A stretch of 64,000 nucleotides of DNA. Origin: the human T2T-CHM13v2.0 reference genome, Homo sapiens. Position 1 is the first letter of the stretch, and each line of letters opens with the position of its first letter. The translations under genes were made by a program, and so were the position numbers. Positions 18,189 to 34,950 of the stretch are shown here, in pieces. The notes under the pieces are model-generated. The model did no database searches. It saw only the letters and a program-made list of their open reading frames with translations, and had not been told where the DNA came from. The stretch lies in NCBI RefSeq assembly GCF_009914755.1, contig NC_060937.1. One strand, given 5' to 3'.

Positions 18189-19226
18189 AGAAGTGCTAAG
18201 GCAGTAAGTGAAGTTAGGTCCAAGCAAATTATTTAAGGAAAAGACCTTTACTCACTAATACAGGCAACACAGCCCATAGAAAATGCCCTAAGAGAGTCAG
18301 AGGACCTGGGTCCAATGTCACCTGTGCCTCTAAATAGCTGTAAGCACTTACCAGGAAAAGCTGAGTTGAGGAACTTATATCAAAGTACAGCGGAAAGTGT
18401 CGTTAATAAAACGGCAAGGGAAGAGAGGTAGCAAATTAAAACTTCTGGAAACCAAAAATGCTTGTGGGTAAATGAGTTTTAAAATTTTTCTAATTCCAGT
18501 TTATCCATTTCAATCCAGGACAAGATATTTCATAGTTTCAGTAAAGTATCTACAAAATATTTACTTACACTTCCTATTTCTCCTCTCGATTTGCAAACGC
18601 ACCTTCTAAGATTTATGCTTGCACTACAAGGCACGGTCTACTATTAATATAACACTTTACAAAACACGCTCAGAACGCCTTTCTAAAGCAATTAGAAAAC
18701 AAAACAAAAACCCAATAGCCTTTGGCAAGGGCATTCCAATGAAGCACTGATACCTCTTTAGGAAATCCTTTCGAAGCAATCCCTCACCCCTCTGCCCAGA
18801 TATGCTAATCCCTCCGACTGCATAAGGTCCAAGCTAAAGCTTCCGCTGGGGCACGGACTGTACGGCCACCGCGCCCTCCTCACAGAAAGGCGAAACGGGG
18901 CTGTCCGGTGCCGACGCCGAGGTTGGTGTCGTCAGGGGGTCTGGAACCACGCCAAGGAAGTCGACTGCCGGATCGCCGCCCGGCGCCCGCAGACGGCGAG
19001 CGCTCCTTCTCCCGGGCACTGCAGCTGTGCGCTCCCGGAAGCATTCCGGGCGGAGGGAAGCGGCCGCGATCCGCGCCTGCTGGGAACCGTGCCAAAGTTG
19101 GGACCCGCGCTGGGGAGGCAGCCGAGCGCCCCACGCCACGTGCTACCGACCGGCGGGGAGCGCAAGAGCGCTGCACCCCGCACAGAGGCCTGCCGGGCCG
19201 CCGAGGGCCGTGAGCTAAGCCGGGGA

Positions 19227-19267
19227 CCGGGCCGCGCCGACCCGGGCCGCGCTGAGCCGGGCCGCGC
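19227..19267. repeat. 15-bp period GC-rich repeat (core CCGGGCCGCGC x3) in VPS36 intron 1
   Basis: Cores at 19227, 19242, 19257. Confidence 0.85.
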
Positions 19268-19321
19268 GCCCACCGGGGGTCCCTTCCGCCAGCCCGTTGG
19301 GAAGGTTGGCAGACGCCCTAC

Positions 19322-19417
19322 CTTCTCCTCGCCATCGTAGATTCGCACCCCGCGCTGCTGGATCACCAGGGTCTCGTTGATCTCCAGGAGGCCGCTGGTC
19401 CAAACGAAGCGGTCCAT
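19322..19417 (-). CDS. VPS36: VPS36 coding exon 1 ([32 protein letters not shown])
   Basis: ATG in GCGGCCATGG Kozak context; 96 nt; donor AAG|GTAGGG; recognised VPS36/EAP45 N-terminus. Confidence 0.97.
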
Positions 19418-19911
19418 GGCCGCTGCCACCCAGCCCCGGCCCTCCGAGGCCGCGAGCAGCGCGCCAGGCAGCCTGCGGCGCCCCCTAGCGTCGGACGGGA
19501 CGGAAGCGAGTCGGGGCGGGTGAGGGACGGAGAGAGCGGCCTGGCAGCGAGCGGGCGCGGCTGCGAGGTGCGCCCGGGGACGTGGAGACGTGCGTGGAGC
19601 GCCCCCTGGCGGTCCATTAGCCGCCGGCCTTTCAGAACCCTTGATCAGCAGGCGGTCCACCCCATTCTAAATTCAGAGCTTACAGGGACGCGAGGGAGCC
19701 CCGACCACAGCTTGGACTTGCTTATTGTGCATTATGCCTGCATGTTTGTGGCAGTTTTCTTGTCAGTGCCCAGAATGTTGCTACATTCGCTAATGATTGT
19801 AAATAATCATAACCCCTCTCTTTCAAATGAATATTTATGGCACGCATTGTTTCTGTACAGCTGCAGTCAGTACTACCTGTGCTGCTCTTTTTTTCCCTTT
19901 AAGATTATATT

Positions 19912-20045
19912 GTAACACAAAGGATAAATGCTTGAGGTAACGGATACCTCATTTACCCTGATGTGATTATTATACAGTGTATGCCTGTATCAAAATATCC
20001 CATATACCCCAGAAATATATACACCTATGTACCCACACAAATTAA
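19912..20045 (+). mobile_element. L1MA 3'-end fragment
   Basis: GGATAAATGCTTGAGGT...TTTACCCTGATGTGATTATT...CTATGTACCCACA. Confidence 0.75.
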
Positions 20046-20079
20046 TTTTTTTTTAACTGGGGGAAACAGATTTTATTTA

Positions 20080-20250
20080 ACCGGGCTTGATGCGCGCGCC
20101 TGTATTCCCAGCTGCTTCCGAAGCTGAGGCGGGAGGATTGCTTGAACCCAGGAGTTTGACACCAGTGGGCGACATAGAAAGACCCTTTCCCCCTCCACCC
20201 CAACTCCCCCACGCCACTCCACTCCCCCACCCCCAGGCTCAGAAAAAAAA
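20080..20250 (+). mobile_element. Alu monomer followed by a C-rich tract
   Basis: Single-arm Alu similarity. Confidence 0.7.
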
Positions 20251-20328
20251 GATTATTTTTATTTAGGCATTTTCAATATTAATACAGACCTCATGCGTGA
20301 ATTTACATTTCAATATGTAGTTCCTCTA

Positions 20329-20857
<529 letters not shown>

Positions 20858-21632
20858 TTAAAGGTTGTGAACACATTTTAGAGAGCCTACCACTTATTGG
20901 GGTCTTAACTAAGGCTGCGTGCCCACGTGGGCAGAGGGGCACAGGGGCAGAGGGACAGAGGGCAGGCTTGCTCTCTGCCCCCAGGGCTCCACATTTCCCC
21001 CAGTCGTGGAGTCAGTGGTCTGTGGCTAGGCATTAAAAGAAAGGAAAGGCTCTTTCCAATGAGTATAAGCCATCTCTCCCCCGAAATGAATTGCTACTTT
21101 TACCGTGTTCCAAAATCCTGTGTGTATTTTGGTCTATTTCTAAACAGTGTCTTCTGTATTTCATATCTTTCAATTTCCATCATGACCATATACCCAATAA
21201 CCAAAAGTTCTTTGAAAACATTTGATTTGCTGTAATATGCTATCAATATATATCACAATTTACCATCATTGCCTGATTTTTGAGCATTTGATTGTTTACC
21301 AACTTTTTAGTCTTTTTTAATTGAAAGTAATGTGACCTAAGCATCCTAATCAGATGTGGAACTGTGCAGTTATGCCTGGGCTTTGCAATTATCAACATGT
21401 TAGGCAGTGAGGACATTTGCAAGGTATGTTTTCTGCCCTTGAGGGATGTACAGTCTGTAGGACACAAATAGAAGCCTGGCATATGATAGCTGCTGGGATA
21501 GACAACCGTATAAGGGTTTCCTGTATCCAGGCTGGAGCAAGGAGAAACGTCATGTGGCTTATATATGGCAATAAATGAATAGACAAAAGGTTTTAATTTT
21601 TATGAAGTTCAGTGTATTTTTTTCTTTCATAG

Positions 21633-22320
<688 letters not shown>

Positions 22321-22649
22321 TAACACTAATTAATCATCAGTACTCCAGGTGCCTGCAGTTTCATGGTCAGCTGTGTTGGCAAAGAACTGTTCTGAAAGGA
22401 AATCTTTTTTGTTTTGTTTTTTTTGTTTGTTTTTTGGATCTTTTAGAAAAAGGTCTGCTTTCTCTGCAATAATTGTGTAGCAGTAATATTAAAAAGTGTC
22501 TCAAAAATAGACATATCATTGGAGTGGGTGAGTCTGGAGATTAGAGGAGAATTGCCATTTTGAAAAACCTAGCAGTTTGGCAGGTTTTCCTATTCATCTC
22601 AGCCTACTGAGATCTCCATGGTATCCTTTGAGTCAATTTCTTTTTTTAC

Positions 22650-22980
22650 CATGCCCACTTATAAAAAATTATTGAGGTTCACATAACATAAAATTAATCA
22701 TTTTAAAGTGAACAACTCAATGGCATTAATACATTTACAATGTCACCCAACCACTACCTCTAATTCCAAAACATTTCACTTACTTCAAGGTAATGAAACC
22801 CTTGTCCATTAAACTGTCTCCCAATTCTCCCCCTACCCTCAGCCTCTGGCAACTACTATTCTGAGTTATTTCACTATGGATGTATCTATTTTAGATCTTT
22901 CATATAAATGGAATCATACCATATGTAACTTTTCATATATTACTTCTTTTACTTAGCATAATGTTTTGGAGGTTTTTGAG
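22650..22980 (-). mobile_element. Old L1 (L1MB-like) 3' end
   Basis: TTCACATAACATAAAATT...TTTAAAGTGAACAAC...CATATAAATGGAATCATAC. Confidence 0.65.
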
Positions 22981-24379
22981 TCACTTATTAACGCTGTATT
23001 TTGTTCTCACTTAATAGAAATCCCTGGTTGCCCCACCTGTCTGATGAAACTTTAGTAAATAATCAACAATAATGACAGACGTATTTAAACAGCAAGTTAT
23101 ATCTTAAGGATGGTGATGGACAATGTTAAACTAAAACTGGGACATTTCATCAAGTAAAAAACTACACAAAATCTCAAACCAAATTCCTCATTAGCAAGAC
23201 GCTACCATAAGATGTCTGAAGAAAAAAGCAGGCAGAAGTGGGAAAAACTGACCACAGCCGAGGGCCAGCTGTGGAGGCCCTCAGACCTGGGAAGGGTAAA
23301 CGGGGAAATCACATCCTCCCGTCTGTGTGCCCGGAGCACCTAAAACCTGGCTGAAAGAGTCCAGTCCAGCCTTACTGCAGTGATCAGGCAAGAAATGTAA
23401 ACCCAGTGCTTGAAACCAGGCAGGTGCAGTCCAGACTCGCCCTCACTTCCCCACTGCCACTCTTAAAACCTTCTAGCCCTGACTTGTTTCGTTCTGTCAT
23501 GTGGATTGAGTGTTTGTGTGGGTTTTATGAAGGTGGTATTTTTAGATGAGAAAAACGAAGATTATGGCGGCACACTTAACCACACAAACACAAAACGTCT
23601 GTAACAAATGCTATTTTATCTTCAAAGGAGAATTATATATAACCTTGAGGAGGGGATGAGGTTTATCTTCATTTTTTTCTGTTTCTCCTCCTCTCCTCCC
23701 TTTTTTGCATTTGATAATTGCTTAGAATAAAGGTATGGAAAGTAGATCCCAATTTCAGTTCCCCTTCACACGCTGTGCAAACGTGGACAAACAACCTCTG
23801 AACCTGTCACCTCTCAGTGGAAAAAGTGGTGATAACGTCCCACCTCAGAATTGATGCTCAAAATGAAGCAGTATTTGTGAAACGAAAATACACACGCTCG
23901 TGGTACGCCAGATCGGTGTTTACGTCCTCGTCAGTGAACGCGTCGATGTTTAATAAGAAGGGCAGCCAATCAACACTTTTCTTGTCTTTTTCTCGTCTGC
24001 CTTCCTCCAAGGACTGTGAGGGTCTCAAGATGTGTCCCATCTCGGTTGTTTGTCAACCTAGTCCTGCTATGTCGTGGGGACTGAGCAGGCCGACTCCTCC
24101 CCCATCGCACGTCCAGGATGAAGAGCGCTGTTTAGGTTTGAAACCTGCAGACTCAGTCCCAACCGAACTGGGCAGACACCAGACCGGCCCCGGCAACTGC
24201 AGTCCAGGCTCCGCCTCCCTACGCCCATTGGCTTATTCAATTCACGCAGGAACCAATGGGCGGAGACGGCAGCCGCGCCGTCTGACGGCTTAGCCGCGGT
24301 GCAGACTGCGGCGGCGGTGGTCTGAGGAAGTTCTATCTTGGCGCTAAAGCGGAGACGCATCCCCCGACCCGAGGCTACG

Positions 24380-24449
24380 ATGAGCACACCGGCCGTGCCC
24401 CAGGACCTGCAGCTGCCCCCGAGTCAGAGGGCGCAGTCCGCATTCAAAG
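24380..24449 (+). CDS. CKAP2: CKAP2 coding exon 1 (MSTPAVPQDLQLPPSQRAQSAFK-E)
   Basis: ATG within CpG island; donor AAG|GTGAAG; recognised CKAP2/TMAP N-terminus. Confidence 0.95.
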
Positions 24450-24460
24450 GTGAAGGCCGC

Positions 24461-24496
24461 GGTGGCGGTGGCGGTGGCGGTGGCGGTGGCGGTGGC
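24461..24496 (+). repeat. (GGTGGC)6 hexanucleotide repeat in CKAP2 intron 1
   Basis: Six perfect units starting at intron position +12. Confidence 0.97.
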
Positions 24497-25345
24497 GGGC
24501 GCGGGCCCGGCGGTCGGGGCTCGGGGCCGCGCTGGCGCGCTTCACCTCTCCCCCGCTCTGTGAGATCCCTGAACGCGGCGTCGGCCTCGCCCTGCCTCAT
24601 TCTTGGCCTTGTGGAACGGATCATAAAAACAGGAACCGCTGCGTGGTGTTACTGTGCGGTCGCTGCTGGCTGGGATGGGCCCTCCTAAGAAGGAATCCGT
24701 TAGGCGAGGGGAAACGCGCGGGCCTCAGGCCGGGGTCGGTGTCGGAGACCCTGGGTCCGCTTGGGGGCGGGGCTGCACAGGTTCAGGGACCGACTGCGCC
24801 TGCGCTGGGTCCTCCGCCTCTTAGGTCCCTAGCGAATTTCTGCAGGGCTGGGGTCGCATCATGTGTTATTTCCAATTTCACAGCTTCTCCTTCGACTTTA
24901 TGGAAACCGAGGGTTGGTTGGGTCTTCAAAACTAATATTGTTATTCCCTTATTCTACACACGGGAAAGCAGAAGAAAGTAATTCTCATCTAACCCAGTTC
25001 TGGTAAATTAGAACTTTCGAGTCTAGTGCCTCACTTCTACCATTTAGTTTCTTAAAGCTTGGCTAGCAGGAGCTGTATGTAGAAAATGATGTTCTCCAGA
25101 TTTTTCACAGGGAGTAGAGAATGTGATTCTTATGCAGAGGGGTTTTGGGGACCTGTTGTGGTAACAGTCTCTTCTAAGGTGATTTCTCAAAGGCAATATT
25201 GAATTGGAGAATTTTCTGTTATATAGATGTGACCTCAGGTGGAACCAGCTTTGGAAGTAAACTCTTCATTTAGTCAACAAGATTTATTTGCCGTTATCGA
25301 TGTTTTAACTAATATTGACTTGTAGCTCTTACCTTTGTTATCTAG

Positions 25346-25430
25346 AGCAAAGAAGACAAAAACTCAAGGAACATCTGTTGAGAAGAAAAACGCTTTTTGC
25401 ATACAAGCAGGAAAATGAGATGTTATCCAG
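25346..25430 (+). CDS. CKAP2: CKAP2 exon 2 (QRRQKLKEHLLRRKTLFAYKQENEMLS)
   Basis: TAG acceptor, CAG|GTAAGG donor, 85 nt, phase consistent. Confidence 0.95.
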
Positions 25431-25451
25431 GTAAGGTCAAGTTTATTTCTT

Positions 25452-26017
<566 letters not shown>

Positions 26018-26395
26018 TAGATTATCGTTTTCTACGTAAATTAATTCACAGTCTAAGAGAAAAAAACAATTATAAAGCAAAGTATGTGCATAGACTAGAT
26101 TATCAACTTACTGTTTACACCACACAAAGGTCAGTCTTTCTATTATTTAGCAAAGCTTTTTACTCAGTGTATGGGGGAGTTCATCAGGGAAGGGTTGGGT
26201 GGCCCTCCCAAATGCTTAGAGATTACTAGTTGTAGTCTCAACCCTCCACAGAAATATCTTTATTATTTTGTTAAAATATCTTAGATAGTACATAGCTGTA
26301 GCAAAAACAAAAACCCATGAAAGTAGATGAAGCAGAAAGGCAAAAGGTCCCCTCACTCTCTAGGGATAACCAGTAATAACATCCTTACAGGCTTA

Positions 26396-26859
<464 letters not shown>

Positions 26860-27390
26860 CTAAAATTTTAAAAATAATTTCTAACTTTATATTAATAAGT
26901 TGCTTTAGTTTGGAATAAACAGTTTATCCTTCACAAATAAATCTTTTATTTCTTTGTTTAAGACAAAAAGGTGATCCTAGGTTTTTTATTTGAATAAGTA
27001 AATGAATGGTGATAACCGTATACTGAAATAGGAAGCCTGAAGGAGGAGCTGGGGAATTAGGAGTTCTGTTTTGACTATGTTTGAGGTACCAACCAGACAT
27101 CCAAGCAGATATGCCAAATAATTGTGTGTCTGAAGTTCAGGGGAGGGGTTGGGGCTGGAAGCATAAACTCAGGAATTGATTAGTATACAGATGATATTTA
27201 CTTAAAAACCTTAGGATGGAATGAAATTACTAGGGAATAAGTAGAGATAATATGGATTCAGACAGTGACTCTCAACCACTTATTTAAATAAAGAATCCAA
27301 CAAGGTCAGGGGTTTATAATACTCTTAATAGGAAGAAAAGAAAATTCTAAAACGCTTCATGTGGCTTAAGTACTACATTTATTCCTTTCA

Positions 27391-27693
<303 letters not shown>

Positions 27694-28141
27694 AGGAAAA
27701 CAGATGTCAATTTAAATGTTATCACCTCAGCAGTGAATCATTAAATAAGACAACCAACCTGTGTTGCAGCTTTTCAGAATTAAACAGTTATATTTTACAA
27801 TCTCTAAAGTATAGATATCCTAAGACTCATTTCCGATAACCCTTCTGAGGGCAGTTTTATAATAAGACAGAATAGGATTAAGTCTCCCCACTGGACAGGT
27901 GAGTAAGATGGGTTCTTCTTGTCATCCTGAGTTTTGTTTTGTTAGCTGGCAGTTAGCTACTAAGATACCCTGTTAAGTGGCACATTTTGATCTTCCTTCA
28001 CCATTGTTCAAAATGTATAGTACAGGTTGTGTCAAAGTTCTGTTCCTTCTCCAAGCTGACAGAACAAATAGATATGAAAGGCAATGTAAGCAAAATTATT
28101 AACTACTAAATTATGTCAAATGTAAAATATATATATATATA

Positions 28142-28445
<304 letters not shown>

Positions 28446-28695
28446 TCATTTTTTTTTTCAGAGAATGAGAGATCACGCATTTTAATGTGATCTCTGAACT
28501 TAGGATCTGTCTTAAAATCAATGGCATGTCTAATTGACCGTATTTTTTCCTATCGTTATAGTACACAAAATTGTTAAAATCACTTGCTAAGAGATGCTCA
28601 CAGTCTGCCTTAGCCAGTTTATAGCTGTAAAAATAAGTTAAGTCAGTTTCTTGAGGAGGGATTTTCTTTGCAATACCGCCTAGAAACTAACGTTC

Positions 28696-28980
28696 TTTTT
28701 TTTGAGAGATGATCTCACTCTGTGTCACTCAGCCTCTAGTGCAGTGACGGGATCTTGGCCCACTGCCTCAACTCCCAGGCTCAAGCAGTCCTCCACCCCA
28801 GCCTCCCAAGTAGCTGGGACTATGGCACCCACCACCACACCCAACTAATTTTTTATTTTTTTGTAGAGATGGGGTTTTGCCGTGTTGCCCAGGCTGCTCT
28901 CGAACTCCTGAGCTCAAGTAATCCCCCCACCTCGGCCTCCCAAAGTGCTGCTATTACAGGCATGAGCCACCACAACCAGC
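28696..28980 (-). mobile_element. AluJ
   Basis: Diverged reverse Alu. Confidence 0.85.
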
Positions 28981-29177
28981 AGTGCATATTCTTAATGTAT
29001 CCTAATATAAATTAAGCTGTGAATGGCATATGGTAATTTTTGGATCACTTCTGGGAGGGCTCTTTAATAAAAGTATTTTCAATGTAGTACATCTGTTACT
29101 AAGTACTTAAAACTAACCCAAGGAGGTATTACTTACTAAAGGTTATTTGAAGACTTGTTTGAATGACTTGAGAATGA

Positions 29178-29574
<397 letters not shown>

Positions 29575-29611
29575 TGTTTACACTGTTAAAAATAATTAAA
29601 AGTTTTGCTTA

Positions 29612-30236
<625 letters not shown>

Positions 30237-30380
30237 GCTTAGGACAAATTTCAACTCAGGTCTTTTTTAAATTTAAAATTAGTAAGTCAGTTAATTGTTA
30301 ACATTGCCCTCTTCTTCCTCCCCAAAAGGAAGCCTCCTTGGTACAGGATTGATTGATCATTTTGTTTGTTTGTTTTTAAG

Positions 30381-30459
30381 TAGTAGAGATCAGAGAGTTG
30401 TGACATCTGAGGACCAAGTTCAAGAAGGGACTAAAGTGCTGAAACTTAAAACAAAAATG
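30381..30459 (+). CDS. CKAP2: CKAP2 exon 3 (SSRDQRVVTSEDQVQEGTKVLKLKTKM); tandem acceptors
   Basis: AAG/TAG/TAG acceptors, ATG|GTAAGA donor; followed by an 83-nt intron. Confidence 0.93.
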
Positions 30460-30542
30460 GTAAGATGTGGACATAGCACTCTTAAACTGTCCCCTTTTCC
30501 ATTTTGCCTTTCCTAAACACTTTTCTTAAATAATTCTTTCAG

Positions 30543-31411
30543 GCTGATAAAGAAAACATGAAGAGACCTGCAGAGAGCAAAAATAATACAGTGGTGGGGA
30601 AACATTGTATTCCTTTAAAACCTTCAAATGAACTAACCAATTCAACTGTAGTAATTGACACACATAAACCTAAGGATAGTAATCAAACTCCGCATTTGTT
30701 ACTAACTGAAGATGATCCCCAAAGTCAACATATGACATTAAGCCAGGCATTTCACCTTAAAAACAATAGTAAAAAGAAACAAATGACTACAGAAAAACAA
30801 AAGCAAGATGCTAACATGCCCAAGAAACCTGTGCTTGGATCTTATCGTGGCCAGATTGTTCAGTCTAAGATTAATTCATTTAGAAAACCTCTACAAGTCA
30901 AAGATGAGAGTTCTGCAGCAACAAAGAAACTTTCAGCCACTATACCTAAAGCCACAAAACCTCAGCCTGTAAACACCAGCAGTGTAACAGTGAAAAGTAA
31001 TAGATCCTCCAATATGACTGCCACTACTAAATTTGTGAGCACTACATCTCAGAACACACAACTTGTGCGACCTCCTATTAGAAGTCATCACAGTAATACC
31101 CGGGACACTGTGAAACAAGGCATCAGTAGAACCTCTGCCAATGTTACAATCCGGAAAGGGCCTCATGAAAAAGAACTATTACAATCAAAAACAGCTTTAT
31201 CTAGTGTCAAAACCAGTTCTTCTCAAGGTATAATAAGAAATAAGACTCTATCAAGATCCATAGCATCTGAAGTTGTAGCCAGGCCTGCTTCATTGTCTAA
31301 TGATAAACTGATGGAAAAGTCAGAGCCCGTTGACCAGCGAAGACATACTGCAGGAAAAGCAATTGTTGATAGTAGATCAGCTCAGCCCAAAGAAACCTCG
31401 GAAGAGAGAAA
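30543..31411 (+). CDS. CKAP2: CKAP2 exon 4 (large basic S/T/K-rich region; begins ADKEN, a KEN-box degron)
   Basis: 869-nt open exon (ORF 30558..31415), TTTCAG acceptor, AA|GTAAGT donor, LGSYRGQIVQSKINSFRKP motif. Confidence 0.97.
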
Positions 31412-31847
31412 GTAAGTAGATATAATTTTCTTTATTACATTAGTTTTCAATAAAGTACTGTTTGTAGATTTGGATTATAATTTCCTTGACTGCATTAGAA
31501 TTTTCTTTCATGGTTTCTCTTCTGTCATATGCAGGCAAATTTATATTGTGGAACAATATGACCTAAAAGTTTTTGTGTTTGAGTATGTTTTATAAGGTTG
31601 CTTTTTAAAATCTAAGGTAAATGCTTAATAATAATTGGGAAATACTTTATAATCTCAAATCAAAAAATGCATTCATGGAATCATTGAGCATAATTGACGT
31701 TGATATGTTTAATATTTCTTCAAGCTTGTGAACTATATATGCCATTAAAGTAAGATTACTTAAAAATATGATTTTTTCTTTTAACTTTATTTGACAGAGT
31801 TCTGTCAGCAATTTCAAAGTAACGTTTATATCTGCTTCTAACTATAG

Positions 31848-32052
31848 AGCTCGTCTGAGTGAGTGGAAAGCTGGCAAAGGAAGAGTGCTAAAAAGGCCCC
31901 CTAATTCAGTAGTTACTCAGCATGAGCCTGCAGGACAAAATGAAAAACCAGTTGGGTCTTTTTGGACTACCATGGCAGAAGAAGATGAACAAAGATTATT
32001 TACTGAAAAAGTAAACAACACATTTTCTGAATGCCTGAACTTGATTAATGAG
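31848..32052 (+). CDS. CKAP2: CKAP2 exon 5 (ARLSEWKAGKGRVLKRPP...ECLNLINE)
   Basis: TAG acceptor, GAG|GTAGAG donor, 205 nt, phase consistent. Confidence 0.95.
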
Positions 32053-32294
32053 GTAGAGTCTTTATATTTGCTTAGCATTTTATAGTTTGCAAATTACCTT
32101 CATAAGCATTATTTCATTAAATTATATTGTCAGTCTTTTTGACCAGGTGATGTTGGTGATACTATGTTGACTTAACATTAACTGTGAGGTTATTTTAACA
32201 ATTATTTAATTGCGAGATACACTGCTTCATTCATTAATTGTGAGCTTATTAGCCTTTAACTGACTACATTTTGCATTGAGTTCATATAAATATA

Positions 32295-33497
<1,203 letters not shown>

Positions 33498-33754
33498 TAT
33501 CAAAGGGATAATTGGGTTTTTTTACTGAATTACAAATATTTGATTTCTCTGAGCTAATTAATATGTAATACACTGAGGTGATATTTACTTACTGCTTCTA
33601 ATATTTTGTTTCTTACATCTATTCATTATATTTACACATTATTTTTTACGTTCATTACACATTTTACCAAAGACTAGCAACACAAATACTGTGTGAGTCA
33701 TTATTATCACAGATTAAGTTACCTAAAATACTCAAAAAAAAAATCCCATTCATC

Positions 33755-34060
<306 letters not shown>

Positions 34061-34779
34061 AATCCCATTCATCTAAGCCAACATCATCATGTTTTTGAAT
34101 TTATTGCAGAATTTTGCTATTTGGACCAAAATCCTATGGAGTATAATAATCAGCTCCAGAACAATATTCTGTTTAATAATAGATAATATCTTTGTTTCCT
34201 GACTGCTCTTTAATCTTGTTTTGGTCACCCACTAGTGTGTAAGATCCACAGCAAAACTGAATTCAAGGTATGATTTCAAACTTTACTCTTCATGAGCATC
34301 TTTTAACTTCTTGTGGTTCTGAACACCAGTAAAAGTTACAATCAGGAAAACTCTTGAGTCTCTAATAGAATAGAATTAGAGTTTATTTCTGCTCAGTTTA
34401 AGTTTTTCCTTTTGATACTATGAACTTTTTCTGCCCTATTATTTAATTATATGTAACTGTGACATAAACCATTACAGATTCATTTTAATCTTAATATCAA
34501 AACCTGATAAAGACGAGGAAAAAAAACTCCGCAGACTATTCTTACTCATAAACATTTGGTAGAAGGTATTAACAAATGGAATCCCACAATATATATGAGG
34601 ATAAAATCAAGATCAAATAAGTGTTCATTTTTTACTAATAAATTTCTCAACTAATGTTTCATTTTTTTGCTTTATGCTTAGGGCTATCGTTATCATTGAT
34701 CTTGACTATAGTAGGCTCAATTATTGTTCCCACTTTGTAAGCTAAAAAATATTACACACATTTTTTCTTGCTTTTTTAG

Positions 34780-34950
34780 GGATGTCCAAAAGAAGATATA
34801 CTGGTCACACTGAATGACCTGATTAAAAATATTCCAGATGCCAAAAAGCTTGTTAAGTATTGGATATGTCTTGCACTTATTGAACCAATCACAAGTCCTA
34901 TTGAAAATATTATTGCAATCTATGAGAAAGCCATTCTGGCAGGGGCTCAG
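34780..34950 (+). CDS. CKAP2: CKAP2 exon 6 (GCPKEDILVTL...YEKAILAGAQ)
   Basis: T-tract+TAG acceptor, CAG|GTAAGA donor, 171 nt. Confidence 0.96.

Larger units (their letters stand above)
18830..19700 (-). promoter_or_regulatory. CpG island / promoter of VPS36
   Basis: Dense non-Alu CpG around exon 1; GC box GGGGCGGG near 19513. Confidence 0.9.
23870..24860 (+). promoter_or_regulatory. CpG island / promoter of CKAP2 with CHR-like TTTGAA (24137-24142), GC box (~24207-24217) and CCAAT boxes (24227-24231 reverse, 24253-24257)
   Basis: Motifs read directly; TATA-less CHR+NF-Y+Sp1 layout is typical of G2/M cell-cycle genes. Confidence 0.85.

Noticed and set aside
19363-19617. Upstream out-of-frame ATG with the same ATGGACCGC start as VPS36, 200 bp upstream
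   Set aside because: A 9-bp match in GC-rich DNA can be chance, and the ATG probably lies upstream of the TSS
18932-19660. 242-aa ORF containing the VPS36 N-terminus, plus overlapping GC-rich ORFs
   Set aside because: Only 19322-19417 is exon; the rest is stop-poor CpG island with a non-ATG start
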